The notes beneath the pieces are model-generated. The model did no database searches and was not told the DNA's origin. It saw nothing but the letters and a program-made list of their open reading frames with translations. A stretch of DNA of 64,000 nucleotides. Origin: a virus. The translations under genes were made by a program, and so were the position numbers. This document shows, in pieces, positions 29,131-39,089 of this stretch. Location: positions 3,004-67,003 of the IMG/VR virus record IMGVR_UViG_3300031801_000798. One strand, written 5' to 3'. The stretch's first letter is position 1. Each line of letters opens with the position of its first letter.

Positions 29131-29566
29131 TACAATCCTTCTTTTGAATCAAAAAAATTCCAGCCTCAATCGGATCTCGTTCTTCATAAGAGTCTGGAAC
29201 AACCTCTGGAAGATTCCAACGACGAACCCTTAGCGTATTGTTTTCAAGAACACCGGCAATAAACGAGTGATTTGTAGTATCTCCAAACAAAAATTTTCCC
29301 GCGCCCTTACAGAAATAATAGCCATCGCCACCGATTCCGACAACCTCGACATGAGAACGATTTTTTATCCTCATGCCCGTGATGTAGGCTTCGGTTTCTT
29401 CACAGTATTTTCCAAGCCTTTCCCACGCGCTATGTGGGAGCGTATCAGGTCTTCCATCATCTTGGTACACGGTTTCACCATTTGAAAGTGTCACTATCCA
29501 AATCGGATTACTATCCGCATAAATATTCACGTATCTGTCTATTGACTTGGCAACAGACGCTGTCAT
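29087..29566 (-). CDS. hypothetical protein
   Basis: 159-aa ORF, ATGA overlap. Confidence 0.7.
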   Translation of the reverse strand: MTASVAKSIDRYVNIYADSNPIWIVTLSNGETVYQDDGRPDTLPHSAWERLGKYCEETEAYITGMRIKNRSHVEVVGIGGDGYYFCKGAGKFLFGDTTNHSFIAGVLENNTLRVRRWNLPEVVPDSYEERDPIEAGIFLIQKKDCNDKSLSACDDGTEL

Positions 29567-29892
29567 TTTTTAATCCTGTGAACAACAGAGTCACTATTCT
29601 TTGACAGTGGTGTTGACTTTTTTTCATCTGATAGCTCAGAAGCCGCCGGTGTCATTATCGTAACGCCCTTGCGTTTTTGAGAAGCGGTTTTATTTCCCAT
29701 CAGGTCGCCAACTACGGAACTTTTAGTATCTTCTTTTATAGAAGCCAGATGTTTCGTTCTAGTTTTACGATGCTTGGAAATCGTAGACACAGACCTATCA
29801 AGATCTGAGGCTAATTCTTCCGAAGTTAAACCAGAGTTATTGTCAATATAAAATTTGTCTACTTTAGAAAGCGGACCTTTTCTTTTAGACAT
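29563..29892 (-). CDS. hypothetical HTH-like protein
   Basis: TSEELASDLDRSVSTISKH helix-turn-helix pattern. Confidence 0.55.
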   Translation of the reverse strand: MSKRKGPLSKVDKFYIDNNSGLTSEELASDLDRSVSTISKHRKTRTKHLASIKEDTKSSVVGDLMGNKTASQKRKGVTIMTPAASELSDEKKSTPLSKNSDSVVHRIKK

Positions 29893-30190
29893 CTATGCAT
29901 CTCCTTTCGGCTCTTAATAAGAGATCACCTTTGCGACTCTTAAGGTAGCCTAAATACAAGTCAAATGTTGTTGCATCTACTTTTCTGTATTGAGCATTTT
30001 TGATTTTATTTTTGTCCATGCCATGTGGATCAAACAACTTTCCTCGGTGAAATTTTACGAAGAAAACCTCTGTTGAATCACCGACACTTATTTTAGCGCA
30101 CGCGAGTGTGGTTTCTTTGGTTGACTTCTTTCCATCAGTAAGAACATAATAGATTTCTGTATTGTCTTCTTGTATAAATTCTTCGATCAT
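29885..30190 (-). CDS. hypothetical protein
   Basis: 101-aa ORF, overlapping neighbours. Confidence 0.7.
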   Translation of the reverse strand: MIEEFIQEDNTEIYYVLTDGKKSTKETTLACAKISVGDSTEVFFVKFHRGKLFDPHGMDKNKIKNAQYRKVDATTFDLYLGYLKSRKGDLLLRAERRCIDV

Positions 30191-30501
30191 ATTGTTCCCT
30201 TTTCTTGGGGGGCCGCGTGGATAAATGTAATCCCCTCCTTGTCTTCAATGTCTACAATTCTGCTGCAATCTGTGCAGCCAATATAGAACTCTCCTTCAAC
30301 CGAATATTTCCAACTTGTGCCCTCGCAATTTGGATCTTTGCAGATAGCCTGAATGTCAGTTTTTCTTTCAGACTCTCCCACTCTCCAGATATCCACTAGA
30401 GGGGAGTGGCAATCTGCGCATTCTATAATCTGATGACCAAGGTCTTCAAGATTTGAACTTGAATCTTCCATAAGAGCATCATCATCGTAATCGTTTTTCA
30501 T
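30187..30501 (-). CDS. hypothetical Cys-containing protein
   Basis: CADC..CKDPNC..CTDC. Confidence 0.65.
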   Translation of the reverse strand: MKNDYDDDALMEDSSSNLEDLGHQIIECADCHSPLVDIWRVGESERKTDIQAICKDPNCEGTSWKYSVEGEFYIGCTDCSRIVDIEDKEGITFIHAAPQEKGTI

Positions 30502-30863
30502 TTCTTACCAGTCCTTACATATCTATATTTTTGAGTATCTGACATTCTATTGATTTCTGCTGGAGTAGCAGTGCCGGTAGAGTGATGCCACGGGCCTTCT
30601 CCCTTCTTTTTAAAGTTTCCTTCATCTTGTCTGCCTCTGGCGTCTGACAGTTCGTAATGGCCCATAGATTTTGTGTTACGTTCTGCCAACTGTCCGATTG
30701 TCTGGGCTTCTCCTCTAACAAAAATATTCGGAGGAGATATCACTCGCTCCAACCCATGCTTCTTACACTCAGGACATTGTTTCTTGGGCTTGTATTTTTT
30801 TATGTTCTGGTTAACAGAAAATTCATGTTCGCAGCATGCGCATCTATATTCATATTCTGGCAT
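30498..30863 (-). CDS. FmdB family zinc-ribbon protein
   Basis: MPEYEYRCACC..CPEC..RVIS. Confidence 0.85.
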   Translation of the reverse strand: MPEYEYRCACCEHEFSVNQNIKKYKPKKQCPECKKHGLERVISPPNIFVRGEAQTIGQLAERNTKSMGHYELSDARGRQDEGNFKKKGEGPWHHSTGTATPAEINRMSDTQKYRYVRTGKK

Positions 30864-30864
30864 T

Positions 30865-31179
30865 TTAATTTGCTACGCATTGACCAATGTAAACTAGTAA
30901 AAGCGACTGAAAGACAAAGATCGAGGTCATTACGGGCCATGCAGTAGACCTCCTCCAGTGATATAGTACCACTAGGGCACCCAGCACCGCAATAGTTCCT
31001 AACATTTTGACTGCCATGAACAGAGATACTTGTCCATTATCCATGGCAATAAGAAATCTTCCCAACGGATTCAGTTCTATTTCGTAGAGTTGGCTTTGGT
31101 AAACTATAGACCAGTAGAGATCTATGGAAGATATCACTCCTATGGCTAGCCACATTATTCCGTAATAATATTTACCCAT
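30865..31179 (-). CDS. membrane protein (DUF5658-like)
   Basis: three hydrophobic segments, D..ELNP.GR..K pattern; ATG at 31179. Confidence 0.55.
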   Translation of the reverse strand: MGKYYYGIMWLAIGVISSIDLYWSIVYQSQLYEIELNPLGRFLIAMDNGQVSLFMAVKMLGTIAVLGALVVLYHWRRSTAWPVMTSIFVFQSLLLVYIGQCVAN

Positions 31180-31825
31180 CTTTAGGATCCAGTTTAGCCA
31201 AGATACGGGCAATTATTTTGTTTCTAATTATATCGTCTTCGGTTAGCCTAACTACGCTGACCCCAGCCACGCCATCTAGCCTGTCGGCGCATATAGTTAA
31301 GGCCCCCTTGAGCCTTGGTATTAAATCAGACTGATCAATATCTCCATTTATGACGCATTTTGATTTACGTCCCATGCGGGTCAAAAACATTTTTATCTGT
31401 TCGAAGGTAGCATTTTGCGCTTCGTCAAGAATGATGAATGCATTGTGAAAATTTCTGCCCCTCATATATTCCAAGGGGCAAATTTCGATAATGTTTTCTG
31501 CTATTAACTTTTTTACGGATTCGGTTCCCAGATATCCATTCATTTCTTCAACAACCGGGACTAAATATGGGTATATCTTGTCGTGAAAAGAGCCGGGTAA
31601 AAATCCAAGCCCCTTGCCAGATTCTACAACTGGTCTGGTTATTATGATCTTTTCAACTTTGCTAGAAGTTAGATACTCACACGCCAACCCAACTGACACA
31701 GTAGTTTTGCCACTTCCGGCTGGTCCTGTGCATATAGTAATATCTGATTCAGCAATTGCTCTTATATATTCAAATTGATTATCTGTTTTTGCTTTAAGCT
31801 GTCTTCGATGATGTCGTTTTTTCAT
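31172..31825 (-). CDS. phoH: PhoH family ATPase
   Basis: GPAGSGKT, TRPVVE, LGFLPG, YMRGR, LDEAQN, GDIDQSD. Confidence 0.95.
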   Translation of the reverse strand: MKKRHHRRQLKAKTDNQFEYIRAIAESDITICTGPAGSGKTTVSVGLACEYLTSSKVEKIIITRPVVESGKGLGFLPGSFHDKIYPYLVPVVEEMNGYLGTESVKKLIAENIIEICPLEYMRGRNFHNAFIILDEAQNATFEQIKMFLTRMGRKSKCVINGDIDQSDLIPRLKGALTICADRLDGVAGVSVVRLTEDDIIRNKIIARILAKLDPKDG

Positions 31826-31828
31826 TTA

Positions 31829-32335
31829 TTATTTACCAGAAGAACCAAACCCTCCGCATGCTCTAGAAGAATCCTCAAGCTCCTCCACCTCTATGACACG
31901 CATTAAGGGTATTTGTTGAACCACCAACTGAGCTATCCTGTCGCCTCTTTTAAGACCATATTGAACGTGGTAATGGGGCCAGTCTTTTAGACCGTAACTA
32001 AAATTTGACAAACAGACCTTAACTTCTCCGCGATAGCCACTATCTATCACCCCTGCAAATCTGTGAATTCCTTTTACTCCCATGGAAGACCTATCCCAAA
32101 TTAAACCGACAAACCCTTTGGGTATTTCCATAGCTATTCCAGTGCTGACTAAAACTGTTCCACCAACTTTGATGCTAACATCCTCATCAGCATACAAATC
32201 GAAACCGGCATCATGATCATGGGCTTTAAACGGAGCCTGTGCCGTGTTTGTAAGCTTTTTAATTCTTAGCTCATATCCTCCTTGTTCAAGAGAAATTGGA
32301 ACATCTGTAGTATAAGAATACTTCGTATCGTTCAT
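31829..32335 (-). CDS. dut: trimeric dUTPase
   Basis: AGFDL, DRSS, GVIDSGYRGE, RIAQL, R..GGFGSSG. Confidence 0.95.
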   Translation of the reverse strand: MNDTKYSYTTDVPISLEQGGYELRIKKLTNTAQAPFKAHDHDAGFDLYADEDVSIKVGGTVLVSTGIAMEIPKGFVGLIWDRSSMGVKGIHRFAGVIDSGYRGEVKVCLSNFSYGLKDWPHYHVQYGLKRGDRIAQLVVQQIPLMRVIEVEELEDSSRACGGFGSSGK

Positions 32336-34515
32336 ACAATTTCACACGCTCCATTAGCACAAGAGATCTCCTGTTCCGGCACTACGTTATCCTCTTGCTC
32401 TATACATGTGGTATAATCCACAGCCTGATACTCTCTTTTCATATCAACCCACTCCTTCCAATTATACACGTCTTTCATGCAGTAGGTCAATCTTTTTATG
32501 TCTCCATCCATATATTTTCCAGCAAATCTTTGACATCTATCAGCCCAATTTTTTTTGCCATCGCCCTTTACTTTATCTCCAAGACCCAGCAATGAATCAC
32601 AGGCAGACCAAAGATTGTCTTCCCATAGGTTGAGAGCCACTTCGATAAGGCCGCTTACGAACATCGCCCCCTCACCATAATGGGAAACCATCTCACTAGG
32701 CAGATAAATCGTGGTGAATGGAGCCTGTGGATAATCTTTATCTCCACTTACGGGAAGAAGGGAAACTCCGCAGAAAAACTTGCGGTTTTTATATATGAAA
32801 CTCTCTGCCTCCTCCCATTCTTCTGGCTTAACATTAATTGTGTTTGACACATTGTGTTGTAAAAATGGCTTAACGCATATCGCATCATTGCGTCCAGTCA
32901 TGACCCAGTTTTGTTGAGTAGTTTTTACACAGCCCAATAAATCAAGAGCGCTCACCTTATTCTTAAGCTTAGAACCATCTGGAACCTCTATACAAAAGGA
33001 AATTACATCATCGCTATCATTAGCAGACCACACTGATTCAGAACAAGCCCTCGGGTTAGAAGTTTTGAAATGTTGATAAATATTTTCCAACTTATTTGCT
33101 TGTACCCGTCTGATATAACGTTTGGCGTGATGCGGATGTATGCCAGAACTAGTTCCCAAAATGCAAGAGGCGGTTCCTTCGGGCTTGACACAAGTCGTCC
33201 TAGCTGCCTGATTGATACCAATCTTATTGGCGATTTCCTTATTGGTTTTCTTGACGGTCCTAGCCCCTTCTTTTTGCGTAACTGGATCAAGACAAATCTC
33301 GTGTTGCTCCATAATACCTGTCATGGAAACACCTAGAAGAGCCTCTCTCTCAAAAATTCTCTCGCTGACCTCTCCTAGATACGGAAGCTTGGTAAATCCA
33401 GCTTGAAGCGTCCCTATAATTGCAGCAGCACGACATGACTCAAGGAATTCTTCCTTGGTAGATACTTTAGCACAATTAACCGTGCTGAGATTACAGGCTT
33501 GCCAGCCGGTCTCCCCTGTTTTCTCATCAACAGGATAGAGTCCAATTTCTACGCAGGGGTTAACGATAAGCTCTGTTGAATCTGACCAAACAAACCCCGG
33601 CTCTCCAAACTCCCTAACCGACTGCATTAACCCGGAGAATTGTTCAGAAGTGGTGCTATCACGCAGGAGAAGAGCAGAATTATTAGAACGACCACGTTGA
33701 GGATTATTATGAAACCAATTTCCAGTTTTTGCCAATGCCATCTCTTCATCATCTGGCGAAAAGAGACAAATCGTAGCACTCCTACGCACACCACCAGAAA
33801 TAACAGCGTCAGCACTATGCATAACAATATCGTAGACATGTATTGGTTCTAACTTTCTAACGTTAAATTCGCATTCTTTTAAGACTTTATCTAGAACCTT
33901 TTTGATATTAGCCAAGGCTTTTTTTAGTGGTTCTGGTCCGGGGGCTTTGCCGGAACTAGAACTCAGATACGAACCGGCGGGTCTGATTTCAGAAAAATCA
34001 AAGTTAACATTCTTTCCTTCATACTCAGGAAACAAGTCGTTATCTTCAAAATAGCTACTGATCAATACGCCGATAGCATCAGACCATCCCTCAATAGTGT
34101 CTGGAATAGCATACTTTTTTGTGCCCCCTTTGGATGGAACAAGCTTGGGGAGTTTTGCCACATGATGTTTTTGAACTGAAAAACCTACCCCGCAGCCGCA
34201 GAGTAAAAGATACATACATTCTTGAAAAAATCTAAGCCTGTCAGCATATGATGCAATACAATTGTATACCCTAGCATGGTGCTTGAAGATGGGCTTGCCT
34301 CCAAACTGCAACGCCCTTTGAGAACCTAGGACTCTCTTTTTATGCATTAGGTCATATGCCCAATCAATATCTTCTTGGGCTTCGGGGTATCGATCAAGCA
34401 TCATATTTTTGACGCGATCAACTGACTCTTTCCAAGTTTCTCTCCTCTTCTTTTCTGGTATCCATCTTGCGTATTTTCCTACAAAAGTATAGTTTTGCAA
34501 TTCTCCAACTGACAT
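32332..34515 (-). CDS. nrdJ: class II (adenosylcobalamin) ribonucleotide reductase, monomeric RTPR type
   Basis: YNC, GGVRRSA, GEPG, NPCVEI, ACNL, CVKPEGT, C-terminal CANGAC; no beta subunit adjacent. Confidence 0.88.
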   Translation of the reverse strand: MSVGELQNYTFVGKYARWIPEKKRRETWKESVDRVKNMMLDRYPEAQEDIDWAYDLMHKKRVLGSQRALQFGGKPIFKHHARVYNCIASYADRLRFFQECMYLLLCGCGVGFSVQKHHVAKLPKLVPSKGGTKKYAIPDTIEGWSDAIGVLISSYFEDNDLFPEYEGKNVNFDFSEIRPAGSYLSSSSGKAPGPEPLKKALANIKKVLDKVLKECEFNVRKLEPIHVYDIVMHSADAVISGGVRRSATICLFSPDDEEMALAKTGNWFHNNPQRGRSNNSALLLRDSTTSEQFSGLMQSVREFGEPGFVWSDSTELIVNPCVEIGLYPVDEKTGETGWQACNLSTVNCAKVSTKEEFLESCRAAAIIGTLQAGFTKLPYLGEVSERIFEREALLGVSMTGIMEQHEICLDPVTQKEGARTVKKTNKEIANKIGINQAARTTCVKPEGTASCILGTSSGIHPHHAKRYIRRVQANKLENIYQHFKTSNPRACSESVWSANDSDDVISFCIEVPDGSKLKNKVSALDLLGCVKTTQQNWVMTGRNDAICVKPFLQHNVSNTINVKPEEWEEAESFIYKNRKFFCGVSLLPVSGDKDYPQAPFTTIYLPSEMVSHYGEGAMFVSGLIEVALNLWEDNLWSACDSLLGLGDKVKGDGKKNWADRCQRFAGKYMDGDIKRLTYCMKDVYNWKEWVDMKREYQAVDYTTCIEQEDNVVPEQEISCANGACEIV

Positions 34516-34523
34516 TTGAAATC

Positions 34524-34910
34524 CTACTTGTTTTTCGTCTTGGTGGCGTGTCCATCGGTTACCATTTTAGATGATATGTCCTGTCCATCGACAAAAATAT
34601 ACCCTAAAATCCGATTAAATGTTAAAATATCTTTGATGTCATCTTCTTCATCAGCAGGAATATGCAAAATTGCCTGCTTATATTTTGACTCACCGAAATA
34701 TAACTCCTGCTCACCCAATAAAGTTTTTACGTGGGCCTTTGCGGCTAGACCTTTTTCTTTTTCTTCAAGATCTCTTGTTCTAGTTTCTGGACACCAGCAG
34801 TCCTTTAGTCGCACACGAACTGTTTTAATTATCTGCACATCTATTGTGTCGCCGTCTACAACGTTTGTGACCACGACCCTAGTTGTAAGTCCAGCAGGTG
34901 GTTGTTTCAT
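34524..34910 (-). CDS. thermonuclease (SNase-like)
   Basis: VVDGDTID, VRL..CPE, FNRILG. Confidence 0.85.
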   Translation of the reverse strand: MKQPPAGLTTRVVVTNVVDGDTIDVQIIKTVRVRLKDCWCPETRTRDLEEKEKGLAAKAHVKTLLGEQELYFGESKYKQAILHIPADEEDDIKDILTFNRILGYIFVDGQDISSKMVTDGHATKTKNK

Positions 34911-34945
34911 AGTAAAGCATCCGATGAATGAAGATTAATTCAAAG

Positions 34946-34955
34946 TATTATACAC
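34946..34955 (-). promoter_or_regulatory. candidate phage promoter motif GTGTATAATA
   Basis: identical 10-mer also in the intergenic gap at 44696..44705; no -35 box at canonical spacing. Confidence 0.5.
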
Positions 34956-35467
34956 TAAAACCATTTCAATTTCTTCTTGTATCCTGACTTACTCTTTTTT
35001 TGTAACCTGATAACCTCATTTAAGTAAGACGGGTCTGGTTCAAGGTAGGTAATTTCAAGACCATTCTCTATCAGGTGGTTGTAGACAATCTTGTCTTCTT
35101 CGGTCTCTCCGTGAGCCTTTGATCCTTTCGGAGCATGCCATTCCCAAACGCCGCTCTGCCATAACAGTTTTGCACAGGTAGCACAGGGTAGATGTGTGAT
35201 ATAGGCTCTGTAGCTATCAATCTGTTTGACGACTAGGTTACTTATAGCATTGGCTTCTGCGTGTACCATAAATGGGTATTTATCAGGTCTAGTGGTGGGG
35301 AGACCGTCTTCCTTGACTGACGTACAAAATCCATTATACCCAACTCCAACAACTATGTTAGGACTGCCAACTATGACACAACCAACCTTGGTTTGTGAAT
35401 CGTGACTTCGTATGGACGCATAATACGCCATGCCCATGAAGTATTCATCCCACGTTGGTCGATTCAT
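34955..35467 (-). CDS. dCMP deaminase
   Basis: WDEYFM, KVGCVIV, GYNG, HAEANA, PCATC. Confidence 0.92.
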   Translation of the reverse strand: MNRPTWDEYFMGMAYYASIRSHDSQTKVGCVIVGSPNIVVGVGYNGFCTSVKEDGLPTTRPDKYPFMVHAEANAISNLVVKQIDSYRAYITHLPCATCAKLLWQSGVWEWHAPKGSKAHGETEEDKIVYNHLIENGLEITYLEPDPSYLNEVIRLQKKSKSGYKKKLKWF

Positions 35468-35552
35468 AATTACGCTTTTGGTTTCTAGTTCTTCGTTCCC
35501 TCTTAAGTCTCTTCTTATCCCTTTTACTTTTTTTTCTTATTGTTTTTCCCAT
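35445..35552 (-). CDS. small very basic peptide (35 aa), not in ORF track
   Basis: MGKTIRKKSKRDKKRLKRERRTRNQKRNYESTNVG fills the gap between 35524..35718 and the dCMP deaminase. Confidence 0.5.
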   Translation of the reverse strand: MGKTIRKKSKRDKKRLKRERRTRNQKRNYESTNVG

Positions 35553-35718
35553 GATTCTTTCTAAAACCTTTGTGGACCCAAGCAAAATTGGAACCTAGTG
35601 AATAAATTATTAACCTGCGAAAACCGTCCACCTCTGGAAGAACCCAACCGCAAGAGTTGTCGTCAATTTTTAACTTCTCTGCCTTAGAATTCATCACCTT
35701 TTTCATGTCAGCTTCCAT
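35524..35718 (-). CDS. hypothetical protein
   Basis: ATG 2 nt after the upstream stop. Confidence 0.55.
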   Translation of the reverse strand: MEADMKKVMNSKAEKLKIDDNSCGWVLPEVDGFRRLIIYSLGSNFAWVHKGFRKNHGKNNKKKK

Positions 35719-35720
35719 CG

Positions 35721-36695
35721 CTACTCCAGTACTTCTAACCCATGAATACAATGTCTTATATCTTCCTCTAACTGTATAGTCTTCTCTATATCTCTGCTGT
35801 CCATATTGTATACCAAAATTCTTGCTGGAGACATTCCGACAAATAATAACTCATTATGCCTAGCCAGACCTCGATTCCAATTGGCCCTAGCTACATCATC
35901 AACATGATATTTAATTTTTTTGGTCTTTGGTAGAGCTATAAATCTAGTCTTTAGAAGCGTTCTTTGTATACCGGTACTCTCATTATTAAATGAGTTTGGC
36001 ATCGTGTGTATTGAATCTTTGCTATCAATTATTCCCAGATAACCAAAGGAGGTAAGATTGACCGCATAGAAATCGGGATATTCATAGAAATTATGTTGAA
36101 AGCTTTTAGCGTTATGAATTACTGGCATGGGAACAACTACTTCCATACTATAAAAATCATACAGGTGTGTAATAAGCCCTCCAAAAACCAATCTGTTATC
36201 ATTCGAGGAGATTGAATTGATATGAAAGTTATCTTCTTCTGGAGCCTCCCCCGGATTGATTTCTCTAAGACTCAGCAAAGCCTTATAATCTTCTTTACTT
36301 TCACCAATGACCTCCCAGAAACCAGACAGATTAAAATCTAGATCCACTCTTGCAATTGAATCGTAAGCTGTAGAGGTTACCCAGATAGAATCATCAAAAT
36401 AACAAATCTCATGTACCGATTTAAAAATCTTGTCGTCTCTAAAACGCTTCACAATTTGATATGTCTCTTTGTCTAGCTCTATTAGACCTCCAGAATCAGC
36501 AACAATTATTCTATCGTCCAGAACAACTATCCCCCGCAGTCCCCTCTCACCGCCCCTTTCGTTATCGTTAACAAAATCGTCACCGTATGGTTGGTAATGT
36601 AGAACCTCTTCGGTATCCACATCAATGACGTAAAGACCACCATGTATATCACCCTGTTTGGCCGCTCTTACAACCGTGCTACAAATAATTTTCAT
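35721..36695 (-). CDS. beta-propeller protein (DUF4915/TIGR03032-like)
   Basis: repeating blade motifs GLRGI, HEI, HINSI, WNRGLA, IHGL. Confidence 0.55.
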   Translation of the reverse strand: MKIICSTVVRAAKQGDIHGGLYVIDVDTEEVLHYQPYGDDFVNDNERGGERGLRGIVVLDDRIIVADSGGLIELDKETYQIVKRFRDDKIFKSVHEICYFDDSIWVTSTAYDSIARVDLDFNLSGFWEVIGESKEDYKALLSLREINPGEAPEEDNFHINSISSNDNRLVFGGLITHLYDFYSMEVVVPMPVIHNAKSFQHNFYEYPDFYAVNLTSFGYLGIIDSKDSIHTMPNSFNNESTGIQRTLLKTRFIALPKTKKIKYHVDDVARANWNRGLARHNELLFVGMSPARILVYNMDSRDIEKTIQLEEDIRHCIHGLEVLE

Positions 36696-37549
36696 CAGAT
36701 AAATCTCAATACAAAATCTTCATAGGGTTTTGATATTGCATCAAATGAAAAATAGTCTAGATCTATCTTTTTACCGTTTAGGTATCTTGTGTTGATATCC
36801 TCTTTTCTCAGTCCTAAATCAACTCTGGATGTGTCGGATATTTTCTTAGAGGAGTTGTGGATCACCACGCTATACTCTGGAGAGGCCATGAGACGGGGAA
36901 ACTTTTCATATAGTTCTTGGTATATAATCGGCTGTAGTTCTTCTTCTAGTTTAGAACTTTCAGACTCCGAGGAGAGTTCAACAATCTCTTTCAGGTTGCA
37001 TTTTTTGTAGATGTGCCCATTGGTAGAAAATGGTATGGCAAAATTTGTGTAGGGGGTAATCTTAGAGGAGTCCCAAATAAGAAATTCGTCTAAAACAAAC
37101 TCGCCATTGGCTGGTATTTCTGCAAAATAATTTTCTCTGTCGTATGGGTTTTGTATCACCGTATTGTTTCCCAGTCTGAGAGATAAGCATAGCGGGTTAT
37201 ACTCATTAAACAGTCTGCTGATACTTTGATAGCACGGGGGTCTTCTAAAGAGAATATTTTCGTCATTAAATAAGCAAGCAAGGTCTCTTGAGGTTTCCAA
37301 GCAGGGGATCATGTCTTTACTTATTTCGGACTGTGTTCTTTCAACCCACTTTATGGGAAAAGCGTGTCCGTATTTGTGTTTTTTGTAGAAATAGTCTGCG
37401 GCTTTTGAATACCCCTCGAAGAAGTTTTCACTGGAATACTTATACAGGACAGTTATGTCAAAAAGATTGTTCGAATTGACATTTAGGCTTTCAAGAAGAA
37501 GATGAACTCTAGCAGCCCCGTCATCTGATATAACAATTGCTGTAATCAA
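36695..37549 (-). CDS. putative glycosyltransferase, paralog family A copy 2 (degenerate)
   Basis: LLLESL, LSLRLGNNTVIQN, FAIPFS shared with copies 1 and 3. Confidence 0.55.
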   Translation of the reverse strand: MITAIVISDDGAARVHLLLESLNVNSNNLFDITVLYKYSSENFFEGYSKAADYFYKKHKYGHAFPIKWVERTQSEISKDMIPCLETSRDLACLFNDENILFRRPPCYQSISRLFNEYNPLCLSLRLGNNTVIQNPYDRENYFAEIPANGEFVLDEFLIWDSSKITPYTNFAIPFSTNGHIYKKCNLKEIVELSSESESSKLEEELQPIIYQELYEKFPRLMASPEYSVVIHNSSKKISDTSRVDLGLRKEDINTRYLNGKKIDLDYFSFDAISKPYEDFVLRFI

Positions 37550-37551
37550 CG

Positions 37552-38565
37552 CTACACCTTTTCGGTTGGAGGAGCATCCGAGAGTTTACCGGGGGGAAGC
37601 TCGTTAACATCTTTGTGATAGAAGGTGAAGTCCTTGCACCACTCCACTGTCTTCTCCAGACCTTCCCTCAAGGAGGTAGAAGCCGTGAAGCCAAACTTTT
37701 CTTCAGCCCTGCTCACATCTAGGCATCGTCGTGGCTGTCCGTCTGGCTTCTCATTATTCCAGATAATTTCTCCATCGTATCCCATAAGCTCGCAAATTAG
37801 TTCAATAAGATCCTTAATGTTTGTCTCAACTCCGGTTCCTATATTTACGGGGTTTCCCTCGTTGTACCGTTCCATGGCTAGCATTACAGCTTGTGCGCAG
37901 TCGTCAACGTACAGGAATTCTCTAGTGGCTTTGCCAGAACCCCAAACTTCCATGGATTTTTGATTGTTGGCTTTTGCGTAACCTATGCGAGATAATATTG
38001 CGGGTATCACATGACTAGCGCGAGGATCATGATTGTCACCCGGCCCATACATGTTGACTGGTATCAAAGAAATTCCGTTGAAACCAAATTGCTTTCTGTA
38101 AGCCAAAAGCATTTCCATCAATGTCTTTTTTGCTATACCATAGGGGGCATTGGTTTCTTCGGGATAGCCGTTCCACAGGTCATCTTCCTTGAAGGGAACA
38201 GGACAGTTTTTGGGATAAGAGCATACGGTTCCAGCCAATATAAACTTCTTACATCCGTGCTGACGTGCCTCTTCTATGACCTTGATTCCCATGTTAAGAT
38301 TTTCATAAAGAAAACCGCCGGGATATTCCATGTTGGCTCCGATTCCGCCGACTCTGGCAGCTAAATGAATAACTACATCTGGATCATAGCTATCAAACAT
38401 CCATCCGACATTGGCTTCCTCTCCTAAATCGAGACCATCGCTAGTTCCGCCCATTGCGGCAACTTTTTTGTAGCCGGAATCGTTTAGAAGTTTATACAAC
38501 CTTTTTCCTAGGAAACCTCTGCCGCCAGTAATCAGGATTGTGTCCTCAGACTTGCTTATTTCCAT
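37552..38565 (-). CDS. fcl: GDP-L-fucose synthase
   Basis: GGRGFLG, AARVGGIGAN, GTVCSYP, YGIAK, SHVIPA, WGSGKATREFLYV, KPDGQPRR. Confidence 0.93.
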   Translation of the reverse strand: MEISKSEDTILITGGRGFLGKRLYKLLNDSGYKKVAAMGGTSDGLDLGEEANVGWMFDSYDPDVVIHLAARVGGIGANMEYPGGFLYENLNMGIKVIEEARQHGCKKFILAGTVCSYPKNCPVPFKEDDLWNGYPEETNAPYGIAKKTLMEMLLAYRKQFGFNGISLIPVNMYGPGDNHDPRASHVIPAILSRIGYAKANNQKSMEVWGSGKATREFLYVDDCAQAVMLAMERYNEGNPVNIGTGVETNIKDLIELICELMGYDGEIIWNNEKPDGQPRRCLDVSRAEEKFGFTASTSLREGLEKTVEWCKDFTFYHKDVNELPPGKLSDAPPTEKV

Positions 38566-38860
38566 CAAACTCTTCCAAAAAATTTATGGTTTCATCTGCG
38601 TCCATGTTATGTGCGCGTTTAAAAATCTCTCTTTTTTCATCCATAATGACAACAGTAGGATAAGCTTCAATTTCAAACTGTTCAGACAAATATTCATTGC
38701 CCGGCGTATCTACCTGAATAATCGCTGCCTTGCCTCCATGATAAGCTTTAGAAGCCTTGAGCACATCTGTTTTCGTCCAAACCTCTTGCCTCATTCCTTG
38801 ACAATGAGGACACCAGCTTGCGACAAAAACAACAACCTGAAAAGCGTCTTTTTTATCCAT
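38546..38860 (-). CDS. thioredoxin family protein
   Basis: FVASWCPHC, cis-Pro YPT. Confidence 0.88.
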   Translation of the reverse strand: MDKKDAFQVVVFVASWCPHCQGMRQEVWTKTDVLKASKAYHGGKAAIIQVDTPGNEYLSEQFEIEAYPTVVIMDEKREIFKRAHNMDADETINFLEEFDGNKQV

Positions 38861-39086
38861 GATGCCAAAGATTCTTTCCTGAGTTTTGTTCGGTGATTCT
38901 ATTGAGCGACCACATCCAAGGACCGACTATTAGAGTTGCTCCAGCACCCCAAGCCCAAAGGACCGGCCCACCGTCATTTGGAATCATAAAAGTTGCTGAG
39001 GTTGCAGCGGTAAGATATATAGTCAACAATATATGACTCACTTTTTGTTCCATATACCAATCGAAAATCTTCCTAAACATTGTCAT
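38853..39086 (-). CDS. small membrane protein
   Basis: two hydrophobic segments. Confidence 0.6.
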   Translation of the reverse strand: MTMFRKIFDWYMEQKVSHILLTIYLTAATSATFMIPNDGGPVLWAWGAGATLIVGPWMWSLNRITEQNSGKNLWHHG

Positions 39087-39089
39087 CCT

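Noticed and set aside
34516-34938. 140-aa plus-strand ORF
   Set aside because: Antisense to the thermonuclease, which has clear motifs and follows the genome-wide strand.
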